Below are positions 9,747-19,388 of a stretch of DNA of 64,000 nucleotides, one piece after another. The stretch is from a virus, in the IMG/VR virus record IMGVR_UViG_3300022752_005671, positions 32,001-96,000 of that record; one strand, given 5' to 3'. Numbering within the stretch: position 1 is the first letter of the stretch; each line of letters starts with the position of its first letter. The notes under the pieces were generated by a model. It did no database searches. It worked only from the letters and a program-made list of their open reading frames with translations, and was not told the origin of the DNA. Position numbers and translations under genes: made by a program.

Positions 9747-10906
9747 GCAGTTAGATATCTAGAGAGTTTTTCATCATATATTTTTGAAATTTCCGAATGT
9801 CTAAATTGCTCAATTATCTTTTTTGATCCTTCTTGAGCCCATTCTTTTGGAGCAGTAGACGCGCTTCTAAACTTTAATATTTTTTTCTTGAAATCTGATT
9901 CAATTACTTCTGCCCATTTTGAGTTTTTCATAAAAATCTTATCATCTACTCTACTGGGATGAATTTCTTTTAATTCATAATCGACGCCGATGAACTTTGT
10001 ATGCTTCATAAACTCAAGATGACCAGACCAATTAGTCGCGACGACTGGTAAAGCTGATGCAGCGGCTTCTAATATCGGTAATCCGTAACCTTCTCCTCGG
10101 GTCAAAGAAACCAAAGCTTTTATTTTAGGGTGTCGATATAAAGAAGCGACGTCTTCGTCACTCATATCTCCATGAAGTAAATAAAACTTTGGGAATTGTG
10201 TTTTTCTTACTTCTTTTAAAAGAGTTTGTAGGTTTTTTAAGACGATATTTCTATCAATCTTGGTGTTTCTTCCAGAATTAGTTTTTATAATGATTCCAAC
10301 TTCTTCGTCTTTAGAAAAAGATTCGCACAACCATTTAATCGTAAAAAGTAAATTTTTTCTGTCGTTGTATGGATTGTTTCCCGTTAATTGTCCAAACAAC
10401 AAAAAATTAAACGATGTTTCTACTTCGGGTAAATCAATTTCTTTTTTTGTTGTGATTATTTCTTCGCAAAATGACTCTGGTATCACATAAGCTGGTACGT
10501 CTAAGCTAGCAGCATTTTGTAAACTTGAAAGAGCGTGTGATGAAGGAACAACGACGCATGACATCTTGTTACAAGCTGAAACCCAAGAAACGTTAGCTAC
10601 ATCTGTTTCTACTGAGGCTGTAATTCCTATGTTTGTTTTGCAAAGGTTCGGATCCCATTCATTTGGAAGTTGCAGTTGAACAGAAACATCTGCCTTATAA
10701 TCAGGACTGACTGTTCGCTCCATGATTTTTGAAATCAATCCTTCATCTTTACTTTTATCTAAAATCCAAGGAGTATCTCCCCATGGCGTTAATAAAAACT
10801 TGACGTCAATATCGTTTCTAGATAAAAGCCATTTTGCAACTTGCCGACTATGAACGCCGTATCCTGATTGAGTTAAAGCTGGTCCTCTGAAAATAACTTT
10901 TTTCAT
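9743..10906 (-). CDS. Glycosyltransferase, GT-B fold (GT4-like)
   Basis: GPALTQSGYG N-terminus and RGEGYGLPILEAAASALPVVATNWSGH (E-x7-E motif). Confidence 0.9.
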   Translation of the reverse strand: MKKVIFRGPALTQSGYGVHSRQVAKWLLSRNDIDVKFLLTPWGDTPWILDKSKDEGLISKIMERTVSPDYKADVSVQLQLPNEWDPNLCKTNIGITASVETDVANVSWVSACNKMSCVVVPSSHALSSLQNAASLDVPAYVIPESFCEEIITTKKEIDLPEVETSFNFLLFGQLTGNNPYNDRKNLLFTIKWLCESFSKDEEVGIIIKTNSGRNTKIDRNIVLKNLQTLLKEVRKTQFPKFYLLHGDMSDEDVASLYRHPKIKALVSLTRGEGYGLPILEAAASALPVVATNWSGHLEFMKHTKFIGVDYELKEIHPSRVDDKIFMKNSKWAEVIESDFKKKILKFRSASTAPKEWAQEGSKKIIEQFRHSEISKIYDEKLSRYLTA

Positions 10907-10912
10907 TTTTCC

Positions 10913-12175
10913 TCAAATCTTTGTGATTCCCCAACCTTTGTAGTTGTTCTTCCAATTTTCTGATAGATCAGTTAATGTTCTATCCCATTCTGAAATAACA
11001 TTTTCCAGATTATAGTTTTTTCTTGCGTGTTGAAGAGCTCTTTCTCCAACTTGTTTTCTTTTTTCTGGTCCCCATTCATACATTTTCATAAATGCGTTAG
11101 TTAAAGACTCATGAGTTACATAGTCTTCATAAATGTAAGGGACCATTTGATTTCCTACCAACGAGCTTGCGTCTGGATTTAATCCTATTCCAAATTGCTC
11201 TCCAGTTTCATGATCCTCTACTTGTCTTGTAAGGCCACCAGTTTTTATTGCGATGATCGGTTTTGCACACATCATTGCCTCTAATGTAGAAAGACCAAAC
11301 CCTTCATTACAGCTACGATTGATAACCGTGTCGACGCAGTTATAAAGTTTATTCATGTCTTGAAATTCAATTCTATTTTTTGAAAACACGACTGAGTCTT
11401 TTATGTTTAGCATATCAACGACATGATAAAGATTAGGACCTTCTTGATCCAAAGGCTCTGTGTGCATTATTAAAGTCGCTTTTGAGTGACCATGCTTTTC
11501 TTTTAATTGATCCATGAATTTTTTCCATGAAACTAATATGTCAGAAGGCATTTTTCTTCTAGCATTTCTGGAAACGAACATAGCAGTAAAATGATCTGTT
11601 TTGTTTTGTCCTAATAAAGATGCCTTATATTTTTTTTGTTCGTCTTCAGGTAGGGGATGGTAGACGTCAGTGGGAATTGCGTGAGGAATATAATTTGTTT
11701 TTTCAGGAAACCTCTGCTTTACCATGTCGTACGTTGGCCAATTAATACAGTTGATTAAATCTGTTGATTCATATAGAACTTTGTTAAAGTCTGGCCAAGG
11801 GTAATTGTCCCATAAATGATTATATGCTATGGGACATACTTGATGAATTTCATCCTCCATTTCCCAAGCCCAAATGAAAAACCGTGGATCTGTGAACAGA
11901 AGTAGAACATCAGGATTTTCTGTTGCAAGAACCTGACGTAACATATTTCTATCACCAAACCCATCAGTCGGTTTGATAATAAAGTCTTCATTTACTACAA
12001 CTGTCCTGTAGTCATCATGCCGAACGGCCCCACCGAAACACTTAAACTTCCATTTGCCAGTTGCAATTAATCCGTGAATTAACCATCTAGCTTGAGTTCC
12101 AACTCCAGAACTGGACAGTGGGTGGTCTGAAAGTAATAATATTGTTTTTTTCTGCATCAGTCGATATATTACCAA
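10913..12175 (-). CDS. Glycosyltransferase, GT-B fold (GT4-like); true start may be Met7 at 12157
   Basis: SDHPLSSSGVG, RNARRKMP and SCNEGFGLSTLEAMMCAKPIIA motifs. Confidence 0.9.
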   Translation of the reverse strand: MVIYRLMQKKTILLLSDHPLSSSGVGTQARWLIHGLIATGKWKFKCFGGAVRHDDYRTVVVNEDFIIKPTDGFGDRNMLRQVLATENPDVLLLFTDPRFFIWAWEMEDEIHQVCPIAYNHLWDNYPWPDFNKVLYESTDLINCINWPTYDMVKQRFPEKTNYIPHAIPTDVYHPLPEDEQKKYKASLLGQNKTDHFTAMFVSRNARRKMPSDILVSWKKFMDQLKEKHGHSKATLIMHTEPLDQEGPNLYHVVDMLNIKDSVVFSKNRIEFQDMNKLYNCVDTVINRSCNEGFGLSTLEAMMCAKPIIAIKTGGLTRQVEDHETGEQFGIGLNPDASSLVGNQMVPYIYEDYVTHESLTNAFMKMYEWGPEKRKQVGERALQHARKNYNLENVISEWDRTLTDLSENWKNNYKGWGITKI

Positions 12176-12197
12176 CTTTTAAGAAATTTGTAATAAA

Positions 12198-13016
12198 TTA
12201 AGTGCAATGCTCACTATTTTTAAATTCACAATAAGTGCAAGAATCTCTATTTTTCAATGAAATTCCTCTTTTAACTGACGTCAACATATTACTCACTACT
12301 TTGAGAGATCTTTTAATTGGTACTTCTCCTAAAGAAACAGAAAATAATTCACAATGTTCGCCAGGTTTTGCAGACTTTTTCAAAAGAACAAATCCACAAC
12401 GGACATCTTTCATTGGAACTTGCGGATTTTTTTGGCACCAATAATTCTTATAAAGAGCTAATTGAGCTTTGACCATGTCATCAGAACGTTTTTCTCTGAA
12501 CCACCCTCTAGCTGTAGTTTTCCAATCTAAAATCCAATAAATAGTTTCTCCACGTTTTCCCCTTGCTTTAATGACTCCATCGATGAAACCCTTGAAAGCT
12601 TGCGAATGATTTTCTACTGCTTCGTAGAGCTGATGTTCTGCATCAACGACTTCCCATTCAGGAAATGTTTCATCAAGAAACTTTGGTACTTCTTTTAAAA
12701 TCAGCTCTGCTTCTGTTTTGGCTTTTTCAAGCGATTGAGATGTAAAATCTGGATTACCTTCGTGAGAAGCCCACGCTTTTTCCATGTGGTTATAGGCAAC
12801 TTCTAAATCCATCTCACGGGTCAAAAGATATTTTTCGCAAGAAGCATGAACCGCTGTGCCAAAATCTAATACTGGCGATGGTTTAGAAAGATCAATTTTT
12901 TTTACATGAATCAAATTGTGGCGGTACGAACATTCTTTCCAGAGTTTCACTTCTGAAAAAGAAATGTGCGGCTTTCCTGTAGGTAAAATTTCAAAAGTGG
13001 ATGTTACTTCTTGCAT
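12198..13016 (-). CDS. PD-(D/E)XK nuclease, Cas4/RecB-like with a predicted 4Fe-4S cluster
   Basis: ISFS...CSYR, FGTAVH, GFIDGV, ILDWKT, QLALY and C-terminal CTYCEFKNSEHC (1+3 Cys arrangement). Confidence 0.85.
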   Translation of the reverse strand: MQEVTSTFEILPTGKPHISFSEVKLWKECSYRHNLIHVKKIDLSKPSPVLDFGTAVHASCEKYLLTREMDLEVAYNHMEKAWASHEGNPDFTSQSLEKAKTEAELILKEVPKFLDETFPEWEVVDAEHQLYEAVENHSQAFKGFIDGVIKARGKRGETIYWILDWKTTARGWFREKRSDDMVKAQLALYKNYWCQKNPQVPMKDVRCGFVLLKKSAKPGEHCELFSVSLGEVPIKRSLKVVSNMLTSVKRGISLKNRDSCTYCEFKNSEHCT

Positions 13017-13048
13017 TTATTGATGGTAACATCCACTTCTTATTTAGT

Positions 13049-14011
13049 TCAACCATTTGATTTCTTAGAAATTGCTCGACCGACAAGCTTCTCCCAATCT
13101 CTTTGTGGCCTGACTTCCATGTTCTTGTGCCATGCACCGTTCATAACTTTTGGATCAATACCCAAAGTTTTTGCAATTGAAATAAGTGCATTAATGTCCT
13201 TAACAAAACAACTCCCGCCGAACCCAAATGCAGGTTCTCCAGTGTCGTCTGCAGGCATTGGACCAGGAACTTTCCAATGAGAATTACCGAGACGTTTATC
13301 AAGCGTCGCATACTCAACGACCTTATCATAATCAATGTTTGCGCCTGTTTTGTCAAGAGCCGTGCATATCTGATAAAACTCGTTTGCTAGCGCCACCTTG
13401 ACTGCAAGATGCACGTTAGTGACATATTTCACCATCTCTGCGGTTGTACTAGATGTTTTGATAATTGGCACATTTGGGAATGCGGCTTCAAAGACTTGCT
13501 TCACTTTATTGATCCATGGACGAGGTCCACCGAGGATGATGCGATTTTGATTTCGCATGTCATCCACCGCGTTCGCTTCTGTCAAAAACTCAGGATTAAA
13601 AACAACGCGGAGACCGGTCTCTGAGAACTTCTTGTTCCACATCTCCACAGATCCAGGTGGGACCGTAGATTTAACAACCGCAATTCTTTCTCCAGGAACA
13701 GCAGCCAATTCAGAAAGGGCACTTTCTACGATCGAAAGGTCAGCAGAGCCATCATCATACATGGGTGTAGGAAGGCACACGAAATAAACATTAGAAAACC
13801 CCGGTGTTCCACTTTCCTCATTATCTCCAATTAATTCTGCAATGGACCCAGGATATCCAGCAACGGAATCTCCATGAGATGGCAATGCACCTTTGGCATA
13901 CTTACCCGCCTTATCATATGCATAGACGTTAAACCCTCTTTCAGAGAACACTGTCGTAAGCGAACCGCCTACAAAGCCTTGTCCAATAACTGCAATTGAT
14001 CTATTTTTCAT
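13049..14011 (-). CDS. ugd: UDP-glucose/GDP-mannose dehydrogenase family protein (short form, no C-terminal domain)
   Basis: IGQGFVGG Rossmann motif; VCLPTP, VKSTVPPG, NPEFLTE, KYVTN and GFGGSCFVKD (catalytic Cys). Confidence 0.85.
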   Translation of the reverse strand: MKNRSIAVIGQGFVGGSLTTVFSERGFNVYAYDKAGKYAKGALPSHGDSVAGYPGSIAELIGDNEESGTPGFSNVYFVCLPTPMYDDGSADLSIVESALSELAAVPGERIAVVKSTVPPGSVEMWNKKFSETGLRVVFNPEFLTEANAVDDMRNQNRIILGGPRPWINKVKQVFEAAFPNVPIIKTSSTTAEMVKYVTNVHLAVKVALANEFYQICTALDKTGANIDYDKVVEYATLDKRLGNSHWKVPGPMPADDTGEPAFGFGGSCFVKDINALISIAKTLGIDPKVMNGAWHKNMEVRPQRDWEKLVGRAISKKSNG

Positions 14012-14123
14012 AAGTTTTTTATATTAACAATCTAACGAATGTTTCATTTTTTAAAAATAGAAAAACAAACAGGAGGCGTAAACGTTTCTGGAAAATATGT
14101 TAATGAATTTTCATTTCCTATTA

Positions 14124-14813
14124 CTATTCTTTCAGGATGAGCTTCCGGGGGTAAATAATAAAACTGTTATGCTTTTTTAAGTTAGAAACTTGACACACCA
14201 TATCTGAAAAATCTTTTGGAGAATAAACTCTTTGACCGTTAAGTTCAATTCTAGAAGTTATCGCTGTCGGAACTCCAGTTATTAAGAAACCATCATCCTT
14301 TAAAACCCTGCAAAATTCTTTAATTCCTTTTTGATCTCCGTAATAATCTAGAGTGTCTCCATATCTTCCTAATCCAAAATGTTCAATCGCATGTAATGAA
14401 GTTATAACATCAAAAGTTTCTTTTTCAAATGGAAGATTTTGAGCTTCTCCTGAAAATCCTTTCAAGTTACAAATGTTTTGTACATTTAAATTTAATCCTT
14501 CAAATCTTGGCTCTAGGTACGTTACTTCAAAGAAAGAAGCAGCAAACGAAATAAAAGAAAATTGACTTCCAACGTCTAACAGCTTATTAAGATTACTATT
14601 AGAAACTCTAATTTCTAATAAAACCTTTTGAGCAACTAAGTGCATCATTGCATAAGTCCAATCAATAGAGATTGAACTTGTAGAAAAAGAAACTTTCTTT
14701 TTTTCTATGTTTTCTTGAAATATATCATTGAATTTTTCATGATTTTTTTTAGTTTCAAGAAACTTTTCAAGATAATCATAATATTCGTCCTCGTTAAACA
14801 TGGATGATATCAT
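14124..14813 (-). CDS. DUF268-like class I SAM-dependent methyltransferase, probably frameshifted near the C-terminus (alternative frame ends at 14044)
   Basis: LDVGS and SLHAIEHFGLGRYGD..D..GD...I.E..RVLK motifs. A -1 frame continuation (YYLPPEAHPERIVIGNENSLTYFPETFTPPVCFSIFKK*) fills the downstream gap. Confidence 0.75.
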   Translation of the reverse strand: MISSMFNEDEYYDYLEKFLETKKNHEKFNDIFQENIEKKKVSFSTSSISIDWTYAMMHLVAQKVLLEIRVSNSNLNKLLDVGSQFSFISFAASFFEVTYLEPRFEGLNLNVQNICNLKGFSGEAQNLPFEKETFDVITSLHAIEHFGLGRYGDTLDYYGDQKGIKEFCRVLKDDGFLITGVPTAITSRIELNGQRVYSPKDFSDMVCQVSNLKKHNSFIIYPRKLILKE

Positions 14814-15748
14814 AGTTCAGTCCAATCTTCAGGTTTAGCGCTTTCTGGTCTAATCGGGTTCTTTAACCAATTTCCATTTGCATCAACTGGCTTTTTAAAT
14901 CCTATCGGAGACGCAACTTCTTCGATCGGGTTTGGTTTGGTCGTGTCAAATTTATTTTGATTGATGTATTCATAATATTTCCACTTTGTTTCATCTTTAG
15001 CTTCCCAATATGACCCATATCTTCTGTTTCCTCTAACACGACCTTGCGTTCCTCTAGCGTCCGTATAAATTGCTATTGCTTGAGGAACTGCAGGTATTGC
15101 AGTTACATATCTTGGAAGCTTTCCTTGCGATATTAGCCCATTTATTCTGTGTCTCATTTCATTTTCTGAGTCCATTCCTCCTTCATGATTTAAGTTTCTT
15201 TCGTGCCAAGGAGAAACTTGTTCAATGACTTTTCTACTAAAAAAAGCGTCGCCCGCAAAACTGACTGGGTCTCTTGAAAGATCTGCAAAAAATTTATTTT
15301 GGCAGAACAAAGGAATTCTATCTTCAGGAAAAGGTTTGATTACATTTGCTTTATGAGTAATTTTTCTTTGTGCGTCCAAAGTAATACTACCGACGACGTC
15401 TAAATTTTTTTCATAAAAACTTATGACGTCGTCCACCCACCCATCTAAAACAAACTGCATGTCACCTTGCAACATGCATAGATAATCTCCAGTTGACTCA
15501 GAAACAATTGTGTTTAATCCTATTGCAAACTCATTAGCAAAATTTCTTTCTAATTTTCTAATGACTTTGATTCCTCTATTTTGTATTTCTTCAAGATATT
15601 CTTTTGTTCCAGGTTCAACAGAAGCATTATCAACAACAATTACTTCTTTATTGTCGTAGAGTTTTGTAGTGTCCAATAAAGATTCTAAACAACTTTTTAA
15701 ATAGAAAAGACGATTACAATTGATTATTCCAAAAGTTACTTTCTTCAT
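14810..15748 (-). CDS. Glycosyltransferase family 2 (GT-A)
   Basis: TFGIINCNR, VIVVDNAS, GLN and LQGD motifs. Confidence 0.85.
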   Translation of the reverse strand: MKKVTFGIINCNRLFYLKSCLESLLDTTKLYDNKEVIVVDNASVEPGTKEYLEEIQNRGIKVIRKLERNFANEFAIGLNTIVSESTGDYLCMLQGDMQFVLDGWVDDVISFYEKNLDVVGSITLDAQRKITHKANVIKPFPEDRIPLFCQNKFFADLSRDPVSFAGDAFFSRKVIEQVSPWHERNLNHEGGMDSENEMRHRINGLISQGKLPRYVTAIPAVPQAIAIYTDARGTQGRVRGNRRYGSYWEAKDETKWKYYEYINQNKFDTTKPNPIEEVASPIGFKKPVDANGNWLKNPIRPESAKPEDWTEL

Positions 15749-16779
15749 TTTGAAGATTCTATAATTTCATTTAAAATTGTTTTTAAATTTTTTGTTATTT
15801 TCCAGCTTGGATAATCAGATTTGAATTTACTCATATTTGAAATATAACAAATATGATCTCCTATTCTTGGTGAATCTGATAGCGTATAATTTAGAGTATG
15901 TCCCATGTCGTCTAGTTCTTTTATTATTTCTAGAATTGATGCGCTGTTTTGTCGACATCCTCCAATGTTGTAAACTTCTCCTGGTTTTGGAGATTTTAAG
16001 AATTCATGAAATGCAGTGCAAACGTCGTATGAATGAATCTGATCCCTAACTTGTTTTCCTTTATAGCCATAAATCGTATAATGCTTTTTTTGAACAGCAC
16101 ATTTTACAATATAAGATAAGAACCCATGCAATTCAACGCCTGCATGTTGAGGACCTGTCAGACATCCTCCGCGAAATATTCCAATTGGCATATTAAAATA
16201 CCTAGCATATTCTTGTGCTAAAAGATCGCCTGCGGTTTTTGAAACTCCAAATAAAGAATGAGTCGTTTGATCGATCGACATTTTTTCATCAATTCCGTTT
16301 TCAAACGCTGAATCAGCATAGTCATATCTAAATTCTTTTTCTACAAGATTTAGCTTGTTGGGGGTATCCCCATAAACTTTGTTAGTGCTGACGTGAATGA
16401 ACGGAGATTCTGGACATAATAATCTAGCAGCTTCTAATATGTTTAAAGTTCCTGTTGCATTAGTATGAAAATCATCATGAGGAATTCTTGCAGCTAGATC
16501 ATGCGAAGGTTGTGCAGCAGTATGAACGATGAAAGATGGTTTATATTTTGAAAATATTTCTTTTATTTTTTCTAAATCTCTAATGTCACAAAATTCATGA
16601 ACGTAGTTTTTATTTTCGCATAATTCTTTTGTAACATGAGAAGTATCTCCAGAAATTCCGAAGAATTGCTTTCTCATATTATTGTCTATTCCTATAACTT
16701 GATAATTTAATTTAAGAAAATGTTTTGAAACTTCAGAACCTATTAATCCAGATGAACCAGTAATTAAAACTTTTTTCAT
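15745..16779 (-). CDS. NAD-dependent epimerase/dehydratase, CDP-paratose 2-epimerase (RfbE)-like
   Basis: GSSGLIG, HTAAQPSHD, STNKVYGD, FGVSK and GCLTGPQHAGVELHGFLSY motifs. Confidence 0.85.
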   Translation of the reverse strand: MKKVLITGSSGLIGSEVSKHFLKLNYQVIGIDNNMRKQFFGISGDTSHVTKELCENKNYVHEFCDIRDLEKIKEIFSKYKPSFIVHTAAQPSHDLAARIPHDDFHTNATGTLNILEAARLLCPESPFIHVSTNKVYGDTPNKLNLVEKEFRYDYADSAFENGIDEKMSIDQTTHSLFGVSKTAGDLLAQEYARYFNMPIGIFRGGCLTGPQHAGVELHGFLSYIVKCAVQKKHYTIYGYKGKQVRDQIHSYDVCTAFHEFLKSPKPGEVYNIGGCRQNSASILEIIKELDDMGHTLNYTLSDSPRIGDHICYISNMSKFKSDYPSWKITKNLKTILNEIIESSK

Positions 16780-17249
16780 TTTTTTAAAACTTTTTTCATA
16801 TCAATGTTTATTGTATTTTTGTTACTTCCCAATTGAGTATAAGAATTTTTAGACAATTCTTCAAATCCAAGTTTTTTGTATAGAGATATAGCTCTAACAT
16901 TAAATTCTAAAACGCTTAAAAAAACAGTTTTTATATTTAATGTTAATAATTTTTCAAATAAAAGAGGATAAGCTATTTTCATATAGCCTTTTCCTCTATA
17001 GTCTTTGTGTAAATCTCCACCAACAAAACAGGAATTGTCAGTCCATTCTGAAGTTCTAAAATATCCAATTGGAGCGTTTTCTTTTTCTATTAAAAAAAAC
17101 TTTGGCTTTGTGTCATTAAACCATTTTTTACAGCTGTCAATAGAAAATTCAGATGCATTATGTAAAAAATCTTTGCATTCGTTTCTTACTTCTACTAAAA
17201 AATTTAAATCTTTTTCTTGTAAATCTCGTAGAGTAATTGTCATTACCAA
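16776..17249 (-). CDS. GNAT-family N-acetyltransferase
   Basis: LHKDYRGKGY acetyl-CoA loop and N.RAI.LYKKLGF motif; coupled to the aminotransferase gene. Confidence 0.85.
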   Translation of the reverse strand: MVMTITLRDLQEKDLNFLVEVRNECKDFLHNASEFSIDSCKKWFNDTKPKFFLIEKENAPIGYFRTSEWTDNSCFVGGDLHKDYRGKGYMKIAYPLLFEKLLTLNIKTVFLSVLEFNVRAISLYKKLGFEELSKNSYTQLGSNKNTINIDMKKVLKK

Positions 17250-18385
17250 CCCCTTTTAATACAATCAGCTATGTATTCTCTTTGTTCTTCAGAGATCCAC
17301 CAACCTACAGGGATTGAGATTAAGCGTTGTTCAACATTATCTAACGTTGGTAAAAACTTTTTATATTCAGCAACGCAAGTATGCGTATCATTTCTAGCAT
17401 GAACTTGAGACACTGTTATTCCTTTGTCTGACATGTATCTCATAAAATCAGATTTCTTTTCAACCAGCATGCTATAAATCCAGAAAGATGATTCAAATCC
17501 TTCTTGCCTTTTTAATAACTTTACGCCATTAACATTGGATAATTCATGATCATAAAATGATGCATTGTTTTGATGAGTTTTTATTATACCATCAACTTGT
17601 TTTAAGTTTTCAATTCCAATAGTAGCGCATACATCATTCATGTGAAATTTAAATCCCCATTCCTTGATGTCAGCTTCGCATCTAAAGTCTTTTCTATTTG
17701 AAGTCCTATCAATTCCGTACCATCTTATTAGTTTCCCCCTGTCATAAAAATCTTGATTAGGACAAACTAAAAGTCCACCATCAACTGTAGTTAAGTGTTT
17801 AATTGCTTGAAAACTAAATGTGCAAAAATTTCCATGAGATCCGATAGGAGTTTTTTTGTACTTTGACCCAAAAGCATGTGCACAGTCTTCAATGATTGCC
17901 GGTTCAAATCCGTATAAAACTTTTGTCTCTTTTTGTATTTTTTTTAATTCATCCAAATCAACAGGATAACCGCCCCAATGAACGACCATTATGACTTTCG
18001 TTTTTGATGTTATTTTTCTTCTTAAATCAGTTAAGTCTAGATTTAAGGTTTCTGGATCTACGTCCACCCATTTAATTGCTAAATTATTAGCCAATATTGG
18101 CCAATTTGTTGCAGTACATGTTAAAGCAGTCGTTAAAACTTCATCTCCATCTTCTAGCCCGGGCCATCCTAGGGTAGGATTTGGTTTTTTTAAAAGATGA
18201 AATGCTAAATGTTCTGCTGACGTGGCTGAATTAACCGTTAAAACATGATCTTTTTGCAATCTTTTTGATAGTAAAAGTTCAAACTCATCTACTTTTGGTC
18301 CTTGTCCGATAAATCCAGAGTTTAGCGTTTCAGCTACTTTTCCTGAAGCGGTTTCTGACATGAAGACTTTAAAAAGTGGTATCAT
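17243..18385 (-). CDS. DegT/DnrJ/EryC1/StrS family PLP-dependent sugar aminotransferase
   Basis: VNSATSA, VHWGG.P.D, IEDCAHAFG and FSFQAIKHLTTVDGG (PLP lysine). Confidence 0.92.
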   Translation of the reverse strand: MIPLFKVFMSETASGKVAETLNSGFIGQGPKVDEFELLLSKRLQKDHVLTVNSATSAEHLAFHLLKKPNPTLGWPGLEDGDEVLTTALTCTATNWPILANNLAIKWVDVDPETLNLDLTDLRRKITSKTKVIMVVHWGGYPVDLDELKKIQKETKVLYGFEPAIIEDCAHAFGSKYKKTPIGSHGNFCTFSFQAIKHLTTVDGGLLVCPNQDFYDRGKLIRWYGIDRTSNRKDFRCEADIKEWGFKFHMNDVCATIGIENLKQVDGIIKTHQNNASFYDHELSNVNGVKLLKRQEGFESSFWIYSMLVEKKSDFMRYMSDKGITVSQVHARNDTHTCVAEYKKFLPTLDNVEQRLISIPVGWWISEEQREYIADCIKRGW

Positions 18386-18422
18386 AAGTAATGAATTCCT
18401 TTAGCTTTGTTCGCGTTGTATC

Positions 18423-19388
18423 TCAATATTGTATTACACATTTGTCAATATTGTTTATTTTTGTTTCAATTGCGTTTTTTGCTTTTTTTACTAAAGCTTC
18501 TAACGTTAATTCTTCTGTTATCTTTTTAACGTTCATTTCTATTTTTTTATAATTGTCATTTTCTAGTAAATAATCTATTTTTGATTCTAACCTTTCAAAA
18601 TCTAAATCTTCACCTAAAGATGCATAATGTATGTCTTCTTCACAAGGCCAAGAAGTCAACTGTTGTTTGACTGAAACGACACATTTTCCTAAAACTAAAC
18701 ATTCATAAAATTTTCTTGATGACATACTTCCAGGTAAGTCGGGACAAATTTTTGAACGATTTAATAAATCATAAAATTGTTGTGATGATAATACGTCATC
18801 GAATAAAGCAAATTTTATATCCGGTCTTCTGCTTCTTATTTCTAATAATTTTTCATATCCTCTAGTAGCAGCACCGCATTGCCATTTTCTTATATCTCTA
18901 TTTTTTGGCCATGCATAAGGACGTTTGTTAGTATGTTTAAACCCTCCAGCAAAAAAAACATCAATGTCTTTTGGTTTTTCTACCCACTTGTTTTTTACTT
19001 CAAAAATCCTGCGAGGATCATTGCTGAATATTCCAATAGGATAAATGTCTTCTTTAAAAGGATAAAATTGATTATACTCTTGATCTGAGTTTACTTGAGA
19101 TTTTAAAATCATCATGTCATCTGGTCTATATGTTCGTTGAATATCAACCAATGTTGACCAAATGATTTTACAATCAGAAGGCGTTCCTCCGCAACCATCA
19201 TCAGCATCTAAAATAACGAGAAGCTTTTTACCGTTTTTTTCGCAAATGAATGAAGATAGGTTTTTACCCAATCTATGGGTACACATTTTTTCATCAAATG
19301 TAGCATTTTGAGCATTTAAAGATTTTAATAAAAAATCCTGAAATATCAAAATGTGATCTCTGTCATTTTTTCCGAATGATGTAATCAT
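18423..19388 (-). CDS. Putative glycosyltransferase (GT-B C-terminal domain)
   Basis: KDIDVFFAG and FYDLLNRSKICPDLPG...SRKFYECLVLGKCVV motifs. Confidence 0.6.
   Translation of the reverse strand: MITSFGKNDRDHILIFQDFLLKSLNAQNATFDEKMCTHRLGKNLSSFICEKNGKKLLVILDADDGCGGTPSDCKIIWSTLVDIQRTYRPDDMMILKSQVNSDQEYNQFYPFKEDIYPIGIFSNDPRRIFEVKNKWVEKPKDIDVFFAGGFKHTNKRPYAWPKNRDIRKWQCGAATRGYEKLLEIRSRRPDIKFALFDDVLSSQQFYDLLNRSKICPDLPGSMSSRKFYECLVLGKCVVSVKQQLTSWPCEEDIHYASLGEDLDFERLESKIDYLLENDNYKKIEMNVKKITEELTLEALVKKAKNAIETKINNIDKCVIQY

Noticed and set aside
12198-13016. CRISPR-Cas system
   Set aside because: Only a Cas4-like nuclease is present; no repeat-spacer array or other cas genes were seen.
14170-14182. 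A-AAA-AAG slippery heptamer in the DUF268-like gene as a programmed -1 frameshift
   Set aside because: A -1 shift there meets TAA two codons later, so it cannot reach the alternative C-terminus.
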